Positions 13,263-34,599 of a DNA stretch of 64,000 bases are shown one piece after another. The first letter of the stretch is position 1, and each line of letters opens with the position of its first letter. The DNA is taken from the NCBI GenBank assembly GCA_964016885.1, contig OZ024752.1, positions 3,162,001 through 3,226,000 of the forward strand, read 5' to 3'. This DNA comes from Eledone cirrhosa. Taxonomy: Eukaryota. The notes under the pieces are model-generated. The model was not told the origin of the DNA, searched no databases, and saw only the letters and a program-made list of their open reading frames with translations. A program made the position numbers and the translations under genes.

Positions 13263-14891
13263 TTATAAACTTACTCTCGCGTTTCGAATAATTATCCCTC
13301 AGCCCGATTACTAAATCTTCAGATGTTTTCCACGTCACGCCCGCTTATCAAATGTTGCTAATCTATCTCCGGCGAAATTGTATTTTAATTGGTAGCATTC
13401 CTCCGACAATTAATTTACTTCATACACAAAAAAATATGACAAAAACGTACACTACTAGAAATCCCATACGTTCTGAATTAAATCGGATCTCAATATATAA
13501 AGTAAAGAATCAATTCTGTTGATTTTTGCCTTTTTTTAAATCAACGATGACTACAAAGAAAAAATAACGACCCCCCCGACACCCACACTTATACTTATTA
13601 CAGCAGCCCAATCCACGTTTCCACCAATTCCCACGCCTATATCCCCCCTCTAGTATTTGGGAACCGATTGTACATACTTATATATATATATTTATGTGTG
13701 TAGATATGGTGACCATAAATTATGTATACAACGTCCATAGTTTATTATATATATTAATTTTAAGAGACATCAATACACTTCTTTGTATGTTAAACAAATA
13801 TTATCAAAGTGTCCCTATGTTTTACAATAAAACTATAATCGTTTTCCTTATTTTGCCAATAAATGTTGTATATATATAGAGAGAGATGTTAATGAATGAA
13901 CAAAGAAAAGCGTAGCTATACATTATTATTGAATAACACAATTCCACATCCAATTCGAGGAACGGACGAACAAAATGTATCTCCTCCCATGATCACATTC
14001 TGATCAATGAAACTCTGTACATATCTGTTGGATTGCATAATATTTACCCCAGGTTTCATGGTAGCCTGTGTAACATCAGTGACGGTGGTTAGATTCAGAT
14101 ACTCTTCGAGTTGGGTAGTAAGTTGAGTACGGGATTTGCCTTTGAAGATAGATGCTTTTTGTTTTGTTGTCAGCCCGTCATCCTTTTGTCTCTGTGCACT
14201 ATTAATATGTATTAGGAATGTAACACTACGATCTATTTCATTCATTAACTAAATACTTTCTTAGTAACACAACATTCTTTCCTTTCGTCATACTTTTTCC
14301 TGCTATGTCAACAGTTTTAGAAAGGTTTATGGGACTCCAAAATATTTCCTTCTATCCAATTTCAATTAAAATGCTTAAACCGTATCCAACATCCTACTCA
14401 GTAGTATCTAACTGCGATGGTATAACTGCCAGGGGTAATTAGACATGTTCATACTGCGTCGAGCAGCTTGCTACAATCTTATTTATCAGTTACCATAAAT
14501 ATATACTAGTAGTCGTTCTGTTGCAGAGATAAATTGAGAAAATTCAAGATATATTTCTTTCTCACTGTACACTTACATTTAAAAAAAAAGTCTAATTATG
14601 TTACGATTAACTTCTCGTTTGTGTCAACGTTAACACAGCATTCTTATACAAGGCAATGTCCTTTTATCTGTCGTAATACAAAGTATTTGTGATATCGCAT
14701 ATGCAGATTACTAGTGGCTTGTTCAAGCAGATGTGCAACCTGAGCTCATTATTATGCAACAGAAATCCAATTCACGAAATTGTATCACCTACGTTCTGTG
14801 TGACAAATAATATACTTGCATTATTTCGTTTCTACAAATTATCTCGCTCTTTCCGAGAAAACTGTGCTCTCTCTCTATCTCTCTCTCTCTG

Positions 14892-14928
<37 letters not shown>

Positions 14929-14934
<6 letters not shown>

Positions 14935-15030
14935 TCCCCAAAACATGTATACACACTTCAACAGCATTATAATAAATATTGCCTCTACAGGTAATCAAAG
15001 TATGTATACAATTTGGGGGGACACCATGTA
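14929..15030. mobile_element. Tc1/mariner-like MITE (~100 bp)
   Basis: TIRs gtgtccccaaaacatgtatacacactt / aagtatgtatacaatttgggggacac, in a TA context. Confidence 0.7.
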
Positions 15031-15085
15031 TGTATGTACATATATATATATACGTACATACATACACATATATATATATGCGTAT

Positions 15086-15122
<37 letters not shown>

Positions 15123-15869
15123 CCACTATCTATTGATTGATTTACACACACACAAATACATACTCTCTCTTTGTGAAACAGCAATGAGCGTAAATTAATT
15201 GCTTAAATGTTGTCACAACAGGGAGTGTATAATTTCAATTAACGTAATGTGTAGTGTTGTTTCACAATATACCAAGCAATAATGTTTTTTTTTTTTTTGT
15301 TGTCTACGTATATTTCTTGTTTCCAATTAACATCACTTCCCATCACATATTTACGCTGTATATGTGGAAAGATTGTAGCAATCGCATGATTTTGATAATA
15401 ATGTGTGTTAAAATAGATAAAGTTGGTTGTGTGCCCGATTTATCCAGTTCAATCATTTTCAGAAGAATACGTAGCATATGTTGGTCCTAAATTAGAATTT
15501 CTTATAAAAACTCTTTACCGCAATACTTAGTGACTTTATTCCTACAGTAATGGATTCTGATCATGAATGTTAAATAGATTATATTCATATAGATTTTTTA
15601 TGTAAAGTAATTTCCGGAATAAACATGATAAAAACTTATGTTTGATTTCAGATTTTAAATTAGCAACGATTTCACCAGTTTCTGCCTTGTACACTACATA
15701 TAGAATTAAGACTGTAGGAAGCTGATTACATACATGTATGCTATATTGAAATTTCATATTTACTGTTTGCATTCTCATGTCAGTAGATCTAGTCAGTGAA
15801 ATGCATTATATATATTTTTCTTGAATACATGAAAATTCGGTGTGATGTATATCATTTGGAAATCTTCTT

Positions 15870-16345
15870 TGCCCACTTATGTATGATGCGGCCGTGGGCG
15901 GAGAGTCCTCAAACACTCCTTCCAGCAGGTGCTGTCAGAAGCAGCCATCTCGAAATGATCCGGCTGGATCCGAAAACGTGACCAGCCAAGCTCATAGATG
16001 TTACCCAACCATCTTATGTCTCCAGCAATTCTTTCCTGAGACATTCTAACCTCATGCGTATAATATCCGAGTTATGAACTCTCAATTCGGCGAAGTAGCT
16101 GCTCTCTGGGTTACACAATTTTTCGAGTAACGTAATTTCAAAGACGCGTCCAACGAATACCATTTCTGCCGGTTGTATTCGTGATCGTATTCTTTCAGTT
16201 ATTTCCCAAGATTCATGACCATAGGTAAGGGTTGGCACGAATACCGAATTAAAGATAGCGAGTTTCGCTTTTCCGCCTAACTCCTTTCTTCTGTAAATGG
16301 TTGCATGAATGCAAAACAAGCGAAAACGCCAAATCTGCTGGATAT
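15870..16345 (-). mobile_element. RTE-clade LINE 3' fragment
   Basis: KAKLAIFNSVFVPTLTYGHESW...RIQPAEMVF, a typical post-RT RTE region. Confidence 0.75.
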
Positions 16346-16557
16346 AACAGTGAAATGTCTTTCAAATATTATGTATGTATGTATGAACCCTAACTCCTTA
16401 TGTACCGCATATCAATGTGTTGACACTATGTCAACACATCGATATGCGGCCTTTCTAAACCTGGAGGATTCATCTTCTCTCCACATCTGAATACAGGTGA
16501 GTTCTTCCAGAGAAGTTTAGAGAGAGAAAGAAAATGAGAAAGAGATACAGAGGAAAC

Positions 16558-16640
16558 GTCGACACCAGTACTATACTGGTACTTTTTCATCGACCTTCAA
16601 TTGATTAAAGCCAAAGGAGACCTCGGCAGGATTTGAACCC
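16558..16640 (-). mobile_element. SINE family A fragment
   Basis: actggtactttttcatcgacc...cctcggcaggatttgaaccc. Confidence 0.65.
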
Positions 16641-18123
16641 GGGTTATTTTAGTATAATTCGCTGCCTCAAATTACACTATAAAACCATTCAAACAAGAAA
16701 TATGTTTCAATCTTTTAGGCTGATATACACGTTGTCTGCATAAATGAGATTCTTACATCTAGACCAGTTCTTTCAGGTAATGTCTCAACAATTAGATATT
16801 TCATTGCAACAATTGACATGAGCTAAGAAATATTATTGGGGACAGTTACACTAGGTACTATTTACATTGGCCTTTGTTTGCCTTTCAGTAGCCTAATGAC
16901 TTTGCGTAAGAGATATTTTACATGTATTTATGCATGTGTTCGCATGTGTTCGCATATCAGAAAATCTAAATATACCAATTATTTTACTTTTTTTGCTAGG
17001 CGGTTCTGCAAAACATTTGTCTGAAGCCGAATGTCATCTCTTCATATTTCACTACATTATTACTAGGGATATATTGAACAACACATTTTAGTTGCTTTAT
17101 ATTACTCTTGATTTTCATTTTTTGTTTCATCTATTTGTATAATTTGGACTCCAATTGACCTGTTTGTTTCTCTCCCTCTCTTTTTGTGTGTTGTTCATGT
17201 ATTCTTGCTCGACAAAGCTGGTGTTATCCTAAAGCAGCGATCTCAAAGTGTCATGGTCTTTATAATATTTCTTAATGTTAACGAGGGTTATATATGCATC
17301 TGCTGTAGGTTAGTACGGACGTTTTATTGATTAGATATAAAAAGAAGCAAGCCGCACCGACAGATCTGCCTTTCATTACCCCTTTCCTTCTTTTGTAATT
17401 ACTTAATTTTCTGTTTATCATTTCTGTAATATGTCCATCATTGTATAACATTTGTTCAATAAATGCAAAGATTTATAATATATAAACTTGGACAATACAA
17501 CGAACGAAACAAAGCAAAACCAAGGGGAAAAAATATTTTTTGAAAATAAAAATACAAACGAAAAAAAACAACTACAGGATCATCGGAGTTGCAGTGTACT
17601 TTGGCAGTTTCGAACCCTAACAACGGTATGGCTGGTCCACCCGGGACCACAGCCTCTGACACAAGTCAAAGAGACAAGACAAACAGCAACGTATAGCAAT
17701 TTAGCTATGACAAATAAACATAGAATTGCATATGACAAGGGGAACGTATTGTGCCTTATAGCACTAGACTCTCAGGGGTGGAAATATAGGAGATAAAAAG
17801 GAAGCAAGATACGGTGTTAAAAAATCAAAATTGAAATTAATGGGGGAGTGGAGAAAACACGTTCGTCACAAGAAAATCATATGTTGCTACATAGCATTGC
17901 AGTTCGTTTGCCGATTAATATTACAAATTTATTTCTATATTCATTCAAATATTAGAAACGCTGTACATCTAGTCAATATGTTTTACACTGTTTTGATAAG
18001 AATTCCAGGCAACCTTAAGAAAACTGGTAACTTAATATGATATTGATAATGTCTATAGCAATAACTTAATGTGTGAATGAATATATATATATATATATGT
18101 GTGTGTGTGGTGTGTGGTGTGTG

Positions 18124-18228
18124 TACGGTGTCCCTAAAACATGTATGCACACTTTGATTACCTGTACAGGCAATATTTATTAAAATGCTGTTGAAGTGTC
18201 TATACACATTTCATTTGGACAACCTGTA
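18124..18228. mobile_element. Second copy of the Tc1/mariner-like MITE (inverted)
   Basis: Interior ttgattacctgtacaggcaatatttatt is the reverse complement of the 14929 copy. Confidence 0.7.
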
Positions 18229-18292
18229 TATATTTGTGTATATATATATATATATATGTGTGTGTGTAATTATATTACTAAGTGTGTGTGTG

Positions 18293-18363
<71 letters not shown>

Positions 18364-18629
18364 GGGGGGAGAGTGAGAAGTAAAATAATGGGTTATTGGT
18401 TTCATTATTTTCGTATCAATAACTTCTGATCAACACACTGGTCAAAACAAATACTAACATTCATTGGTTGAAACCTATAAGTGTGGGTATTTCAAGCATG
18501 CAATTTAGTAAGTATTCTATATGTTTTGTTTAAATGTCATAAACAATATAGAAGTCTATCTGAAAATAAATGTGTTTTATAGAGAAAATGAAGTATTAAT
18601 ATTGCTATATTCGTCTCATTATAGACTAC

Positions 18630-18830
18630 ATGTATTTTAGACGGGAAAAAGAAATACATATTTACAAATATATCTGGTAAAATACACACACGGATACACT
18701 GTCATAAAAACATATGTTGATACATACATATAAAATATATGTATTTTAGAAAGGAAAAGAAAATACATATATACAAATATTTCTGCTAGTATACACACAC
18801 GAAATCACTCATACATATACAAATATACAT
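18630..18830 (+). repeat. Diverged tandem duplication, ~109-bp period
   Basis: atgtattttaga...aatacata...tacaaatat...tacacacacg occurs at ~18630 and ~18739. Confidence 0.7.
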
Positions 18831-19104
18831 ATAGACTTAAACACATACAATCAAACATACTTGCCAGTGTTTAAAACATTTCTGTAAAATATATTGACTT
18901 GTGTTTACTCTGGAGCAATTTGTTTATATTTTAAGATATATATCAGTCTTGTCTCTTCTTGAAATATCAGCGTATTAACAATACTGCGCATTGACTTGGA
19001 AGTATGTATATTAAAAAGATATTCTTTTACAAATAGAGAATATTAACTTTGTCGGCGTGAACTGGTCCGCACACGCACACACATACACATATACATACAT
19101 ACCT

Positions 19105-19560
19105 ACATTTAAGTAAACCAGAAGAAGCAGAATGTTGGGAGCTCGTGTGGTGTTGACAGCTTTACACTCTTACTCATGGAACATCTCTGCACTCACAAAG
19201 TTGTCCGCTTCAAGTGGACTATAGCCTTGGGTTTCCATTGAATGTCACCTTCAAAACACGCCGGGAGACAGGTATGGTCTCCGTCCGAAATAGGTTGGCT
19301 CTTGTACTCAACTCAAACCCCATTCATACTGTAGCAATAGTTGTGTTCATTACAGCTGACATGGTGATGAGCTGGCTCCTCTTCCCAATCATCATTCTCT
19401 TCACCGGCTCATTGTGTACGATGGTCTGGGATCGCAAGGATCTGCATATCACTGTCCTTGAACAGATGACCCACCTCATCCCTCTTTACCAGCATCCGAG
19501 CAGTCCTTACATTCAGAGTGCCGACTTTAATGGTTCTTCTGCAGGACAACATTGATTTCT
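19105..19560 (-). mobile_element. Probable LINE 3' remnant
   Basis: GC-richer island with decayed reading frames next to a (TG/TA) tail. No diagnostic motif read with certainty. Confidence 0.35.
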
Positions 19561-19904
19561 TTATATATTTGGAGTGCGTCTAAGAGACAGCCCACCCATG
19601 ATTCAAATGCCTTCCCTGCGTCTCTAAACCTGTAGAATCATAACAAGCAGAACTGCTCCTGTTTCTTTTCAATAGCTGAACATAGCTTTCCGGTGCCACT
19701 CGCGTAGGGTAATTGTTTAATCCAGAAATGGGGCCCTAACAGATACTACTGCTCGAGGGCGGAACACACCGAGGGTGATAAAAAATAAGGGGTAACACAA
19801 TATTCCCCACAGCTCCTGAACTGCCGAACTAGAGCCTTGCCACTGGATGCAGTTTATATTTATATATATATATATTTATATTTATATATATATTTATATT
19901 TATA

Positions 19905-20228
19905 TATAAAATAAAGTTAAATAAAAGTCAAATGATTAAAATTTAGCTTCATTTATTACTGCTATATATATTTCAGTGACAGCCATCTTAGGCTGTGACC
20001 TCTTCAGGCAGTTTCAATTAGTATGGAATAGGTAAGTACATATGTTGTTTAGGTGTATAATATTGTCAATACTCTGATATGCCCATTTCCTTGTTGGGTT
20101 ATTTCACTGAGGAACTGGAGTCGTATGAATTACTACTCCGGAGTAACCAAACCAACCTGCGCACTTCGTGGAGTGCTCCAGCCTGCATATTGAGGTGTTG
20201 GTATACAACCAACATCAACTCAAAATCT
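19905..20228 (-). mobile_element. Short non-coding HHR-bearing island (solo pLTR / retrozyme-like)
   Basis: ~320 bp of unique sequence bounded by TA arrays on both sides. Contains HHR 19958-20012 and no recognisable coding motif. Confidence 0.6.
19958..20012 (-). ncRNA. Type I hammerhead ribozyme (minimal stem III)
   Basis: Minus strand ACTGC-CTGAAGA-ggtcACAGCC-taagat-GGCTGTcact-GAAA-TATATA-TA-GCAGT. Perfect 5-bp stem I, followed directly by AATAAA. Confidence 0.85.
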
Positions 20229-20317
20229 ATATTTATATATTTATATATTTATATTTATATATATATATATATAAATATATTTATATATATATATAGATAT
20301 ATTTATATATATATATA

Positions 20318-20411
<94 letters not shown>

Positions 20412-20413
<2 letters not shown>

Positions 20414-20711
20414 GTTACTCTAAAAACATAAATAAATAAAAATAAACTATAGCTTTGTAGAATTAGCTTTTAATGAATTCCCTTTTCTATCAACCAATCA
20501 CCTGCACCCATCCCACTCCCCACCCTCTCCTACCACTTGTAGAGACCTATAAATACCATATTTATTTTTTGATACCCAGATTCCTGATGATTTCTAATGA
20601 ATGAAACAGTTCTAGTCCTGTAGAATCTCATCTATATTAAAAACTTGTATACTCTGCTATGTATGAGTACCTTACTTACTGTGGTTACCTCCGATTCAAT
20701 CCGGAATAACG
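20412..20711 (+). mobile_element. Short non-coding HHR-bearing island (solo pLTR / retrozyme-like)
   Basis: ~300 bp bounded by TA arrays, with CCAAT (20494), TATAAAT (20548), HHR (20578) and ATTAAA (20636). Confidence 0.65.
20578..20628 (+). ncRNA. Type I hammerhead ribozyme
   Basis: AGATTC-CTGATGA(20584)-tTTC-taat-GAAt-GAAA-CAG-ttctagtc-CTG-TA-GAATCT. Perfect 6-bp stem I, 3-bp stems II and III, GUA site. Confidence 0.85.
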
Positions 20712-24037
<3,326 letters not shown>

Positions 24038-24117
24038 ATAAATAAATATATATGTATAAATAAATATATATGTATAAATATATATGTATAAATATATATG
24101 TATAAATAAATATATAT

Positions 24118-24703
24118 GTATAAATAAATAAGTAAATTAAATTAAATAAAATAAGATAAATAAATACATACACAAGCACATAAACACACACTAGTCACCC
24201 AGCAGACACAACACTATACACACTAGTCACACATCACACATAACACTATACACACACGCAAACGCATGCGCAAAGAAGACAAAATAAAATAAGATAAACA
24301 AACAAGCAAATAAATAAATAAATATATAGACAGACTGAACAAAAAAAAAAATGGCGTAGACATACAACACAACAGGAGGAACAATGAATATAACACCACT
24401 GACGATGTTGCAGATGTGCAACGAAAGATTTTATGTAAACTATATATATATGTGTTTGTCTATATTGTATCTGTATTATTTTGACCGCCGGTCAGTCAAT
24501 GGCAACATTGAGGACCGAGTAAGTTAGATCGCAGATATATATATATAAAAGACAGCGAGAAGCGAAACCAACCAAACAGTGAGTGTGTTCTGTTATTAAT
24601 TCTGGCAATATTACGCAAATATGACCCTCCCCAAATATAACAATATCTGTTTCGACACACGATTTCATATAAAAAAACCTCGCAAAACTAATTCATCGCC
24701 GCT
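24118..24703 (+). repeat. 5' pLTR of PLE 1
   Basis: Direct repeat of 28244-28829. Contains the HHR-like core (CTGACGA 24399) and TATAAAA at 24544. Confidence 0.9.
24392..24456 (+). ncRNA. Hammerhead ribozyme-like core in PLE 1 5' pLTR
   Basis: Same motif as 28517-28580 (CTGACGA at 24399, GAAA at 24423). Confidence 0.6.
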
Positions 24704-27700
24704 ATGGCATTAGCTTGTGCCAAGCTGAAAGGTTATTGAAAGACACTGTTTTCTGTTATATAAAAACTACAATAACAACAGAACAAATCCGCTTCTTAAA
24801 ACACTGTGTTTCCTCCAAAACATACACAACAAACATATCAAAACAAGTAAATAATTTATTATTGAACAAAACACAAGCTGAACGGCTAAAACACACAATA
24901 ACTGTTAATATGAAAAGAACAACATACACAAAAGTCAACGCACTCTACAGACAAAAACGCATCAACGGTAAGGAAATCCGAAATCTCATCACAGCAAACG
25001 AGAGAGATGACTTCATGAGCGTCATCCGACGCGAAACGAAATATGCTCAAAACGAATGCTGTAGGCATTTCAAGAAGAAATTAGAATGGATGAATAAGAA
25101 AAAACTACAAGAAAGGAAATCGAATATTCTCAAAAATACCCAGATAACATCGACAACATCCGTATGAGTGATGTAAAACTACCGGAAGAATTTACCAATG
25201 ACCACACAGTAAATATCTATGGGAACACTTTAATCAGTGAACAAGAACAACAAATCCTAAAGTTACCACCAAAATTTGCCATCTACAAAAAGATTAATCC
25301 TATGGAATGCAAAACGGAGCTGGAAAAGTGTTTCACAAAAATACGTTGGAATGCAAAGGTAAACAACAACAACAATAATAACGGTAGTAGTAATATAAAC
25401 AATAACTCTGGGTATAGAAATAACAGCCATAACCATAACAATGGCAGGAAAGTGAGAAATAGTGATAATGGTAATAATACTAGCGATAGACAGAACAACA
25501 ACAACCACAATAATAATAATAATAGAAACGTTAACCACAGACACAGCAACAGTGACCACAGTAGTAATAACGGTAACAATACGAACAACAACAACAATAA
25601 CCACAGTGGTAATAATGGAAATAGTACATGTAGCAACATCAACAAAAACAAGAAACATAATAATAGTAACAACCACAATGGTAGAAATAGCAGTAACAAC
25701 AACAACAATAACGGTGAAGTAAACAACAATACATCTAGCAATCATAACAATAATAATATTAATGCTAAGGATAGAAACAACAACAACCACCATGATAACA
25801 ATAATAGCAACACACACAACTATGACGATAGAAATAACGACAACCCCTTAGAGAAACTATTTTTCAACCCAGCTGACAAAACATATAAGATGGGTAATAT
25901 CTATCCTACGAGGTTACCCTTTAATAAAAGAGTTTGCATACCACAACAAATAGATGACGAGACGGAGGCACAGTTCACCATAGCTAGAAATAAGATTAGA
26001 CAAGTAGTAGACAGGTACACTATGAGACAGAGCAGACCAGAGGCCCAACAACTTGGGATAAAACCTGTAGAAGGCTTGGTTAGCCTCAAGCAGCGCACAA
26101 GGGATGGTGAGGTAGTGTGTCTACCCACAGATAAGTCTGGTAGGATGTCAATAGATAGCATGCCGAACTACATCGAGGCAATGCAACCCCACATCACCAA
26201 CACGAGCGAAGTTGCACAACTAACACACGATGGGAGAGAAAAAAATCCTCAACGCTCACATGATGATGTGGACTGACATCCTAAAGCCAAGCAGACGCAC
26301 TGCCAACAACTTCCAGGCGTCTAACAATGGCATACCACCCTTGTATGGGCTCCGCAAAGACCACAAGACAGTCGACGACCCGACAATAGGACCACCAACA
26401 AGACCTGTATGCGGAGCTAATATAGCTAGCAACTACAGGATCTCCTACTTCCTCTCAATGGTTATACGCCCCATAATCAAGATGTCCCCAGATGTATGTG
26501 AAGGTACAGAGGACCTCCTCAGCAGAATCAGTGAGTGCAACAAAAACAGGAGCCTATCCAACTGCATAATAGGCAGCATGGATGTGGTGTCACTGTACCC
26601 ATCCATTAACATTGATTTTGCTGTGAAAAGATGTGTGGAGATGATCATTGAGAGTGAGGTGGAGTTCTGCGACGTCGACACAGACGAACTGGGCCTCCTA
26701 CTTAGACTTACCTACGACACTGACTACCTAGACAGCCATGACCTTAGATGTTTCTGCCCTAGTAGACCTATAAGAGGTAGACCCCCCACCATAACCTCAA
26801 TGGCTAAAAAGACTCCCATAGGAAGGTGGATTGGGTGGACCAAAGCTATACGGACCCCCCAAAACACTGATCAGGTAAGAAAAATGGTCGCACATGCAAT
26901 AGGGGCTAGTATCAAAACTACCCTAAAGGGCCACATATTTAAGTTCAATGAGAAAATCTACACCCAAAATGAGGGAGCAGCCATCGGTGTCAGCATAGCT
27001 GGCGATGTTGCCAACCTTTTCATGGTATGGTGGGAAAGGAGACTTAAAGATCTCCTTAATGAAAGCTCCATAGACCTCATCATGTACTCTCGTTATGTAG
27101 ACGATATCAATATAGTTATAAGAACACCCCCACTAGAGAGCACTAACAAGTTTGATTTAGAACGTAGCACGATGGAAAGCATCCAGCAGATAGCTAATTC
27201 CATACACCAGAGTATAACTGTAACTATAGACTTCCCTTCCAAACACCCTAACAATAGACTACCTGTATTAGACACAGAACTCTGGATCAACACTATAGAC
27301 GAGAGAGCCCAAATTCTCCACTCACACTATGCTAAACCCATGGCCTCCAAATACCTGATACTCAAAAACTCAGCAATGTCCAGTAGTGCTAAGTTTAATA
27401 TTCTGATCGCAGATTTGATACGAGTGATGAAGAATGTGTCCAGCATGTGCGACCCAACAGAAATGGAAGGACACATCCAACACTTCATCAACCGCATGCA
27501 GTTCTCTGGCTACAACCAAAGAGACAGAGTCAGAGTATACGAAGGAGCCATGGAAAAGTATAAGACCCTCATAGAACTGGACATGAAAGGAATTTGCCCA
27601 CTATACAGGAGCAAATCATGGAATAGCTTAGATAGGGCTAGACATAAGATAGGAAAGGCCACATCATGGTACGACAACCAGAGATATCAGAGTGTCATGT

Positions 27701-28249
27701 TTGTGGACGCCACCCCTGGAGGGAAATTAGCTAACCAGTGTAGAAAGGCCCTGAGAAAGACCCACTTAAAAATAAAGGTGGTAGAAAAGCCAGGAACCAC
27801 CATAAAATCCTGATCAGCAAAACCTACCCTTTTAAGAAAACCCACTGTACCAATAGGAAATGTATCATATGTAAGGTGAACCCCGGATAAACTGTAAAAC
27901 TAGAAACGTAGTCTATAGCATAAGATGTACAGAGGGTACTTGCAGAAACACGACAACAACATACATAGGTGAGACAGCTCGTAGCATAGGTGAAAGGATA
28001 GACCAACACTGGGGGGAACTAAAAGGACGAAAAAACGGGTCAATACTATACGAACATGCTAGACAACATCATGACGGTAACATAGACAACATAGAAATTA
28101 GAATAATATCTAAACATAGGAATGACCCAGCAGATAGGCAAATCAGAGAGGCCAGTGAAATAGAAATTAGAAGACCAAAGCTAAACAGAAAGAATGAGTG
28201 GAACAACAACAACACCCAAACAAACAACACTGACCTAAGAGAAGTATAA
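24704..28249 (+). CDS. PLE polyprotein (N-terminal domain, Asn-rich insert, reverse transcriptase, Cys-rich linker, GIY-YIG endonuclease), broken by several 1-bp frameshifts
   Basis: ATG at 24704 immediately follows the 5' pLTR. ORFs 24715-25167, 25164-26276 and 26230-27813 carry LPPKFAI, PTDKSGRMSI, PPLYGLRKDHK, PTRPVC, SMDVVSLYPSI, QNEGAAIG, RYVDD and LPVLD. The C-terminus is NVVYSIRC...TYIGETARSIGERIDQH...TDLREV* (same sequence as the 23499-23873 minus ORF). Confidence 0.9.
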
Positions 28250-28829
28250 ATAAATAAGTAAATTAAATTAAATAAAATAAGATAAATAAATACATACACA
28301 AGCACATAAACACACACTAGTCACCCAGCAGACACAACACTATACACACTAGTCACACATCACACATAACACTATACACACACGCAAACGCATGCGCAAA
28401 GAAGACAAAATAAAATAAGATAAACAAACAAGCAAATAAATAAATAAATATATAGACAGACTGAACAAAAAAAAAATGGCGTAGACATACAACACAACAG
28501 GAGGAACAATGAATATAACACCACTGACGATGTTGCAGATGTGCAACGAAAGATTTATGTAAACTATATATATATGTGTTTGTCTATATTGTATCTGTAT
28601 TATTTTTGACCGCCGGTCAGTCAATGGCAACATTGAGGACCGAGTAAGTTAGATCGCAGATATATATATATAAAAGACAGCGAGAAGCGAAAACCAACCA
28701 AACAGTGAGTGTGTTCTGTTATTAATTCTGGCAATATTACGCAAATATGACCCTCCCCAAATATAACAATATCTGTTTCGACACACGATTTCATATAAAA
28801 AACCTCGCAAAACTAATTCATCGCCGCTA
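28244..28829 (+). repeat. 3' pLTR of PLE 1
   Basis: Starts at the ORF stop codon region (GTATAA) and ends at ...catcgccgcta, the position of the ATG in the 5' copy. Confidence 0.9.
28517..28580 (+). ncRNA. Hammerhead ribozyme-like core in PLE 1 3' pLTR
   Basis: CTGACGA(28524)-T-GTTGCA-GATG-TGCAAC-GAAA, with a perfect 6-bp stem II. Stem III is g-ttta/taaa-c, then TA. Stem I pairing is ambiguous. Confidence 0.6.
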
Positions 28830-34450
<5,621 letters not shown>

Positions 34451-34530
34451 ATATATATATATTTATATATATGTAAGTATGCATGTATACGTACATACAT
34501 ATATGTATACAGACGTACAGTAGCATGCAC

Positions 34531-34563
<33 letters not shown>

Positions 34564-34599
34564 TATATGCATACAGGTACACATACATATATGCACGTA

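Larger units (their letters stand above)
24118..28829 (+). mobile_element. Penelope-like retroelement 1, near full length (5' pLTR - ORF - 3' pLTR)
   Basis: Direct repeats 24118-24703 and 28244-28829 (~585 bp, near identical) flank an RT + GIY-YIG coding region. The 3' end runs directly into (TA)n. Confidence 0.95.

Noticed and set aside
13916-14245. 109-aa minus-strand ORF of normal complexity (possible host exon)
   Set aside because: No recognisable domain or supported splice structure. It would need BLASTX or RNA-seq.
25263-25817. Hydrophobic poly-Leu/Val/Ile ORFs on the minus strand
   Set aside because: They are antisense readings of the Asn-codon tract in PLE 1.
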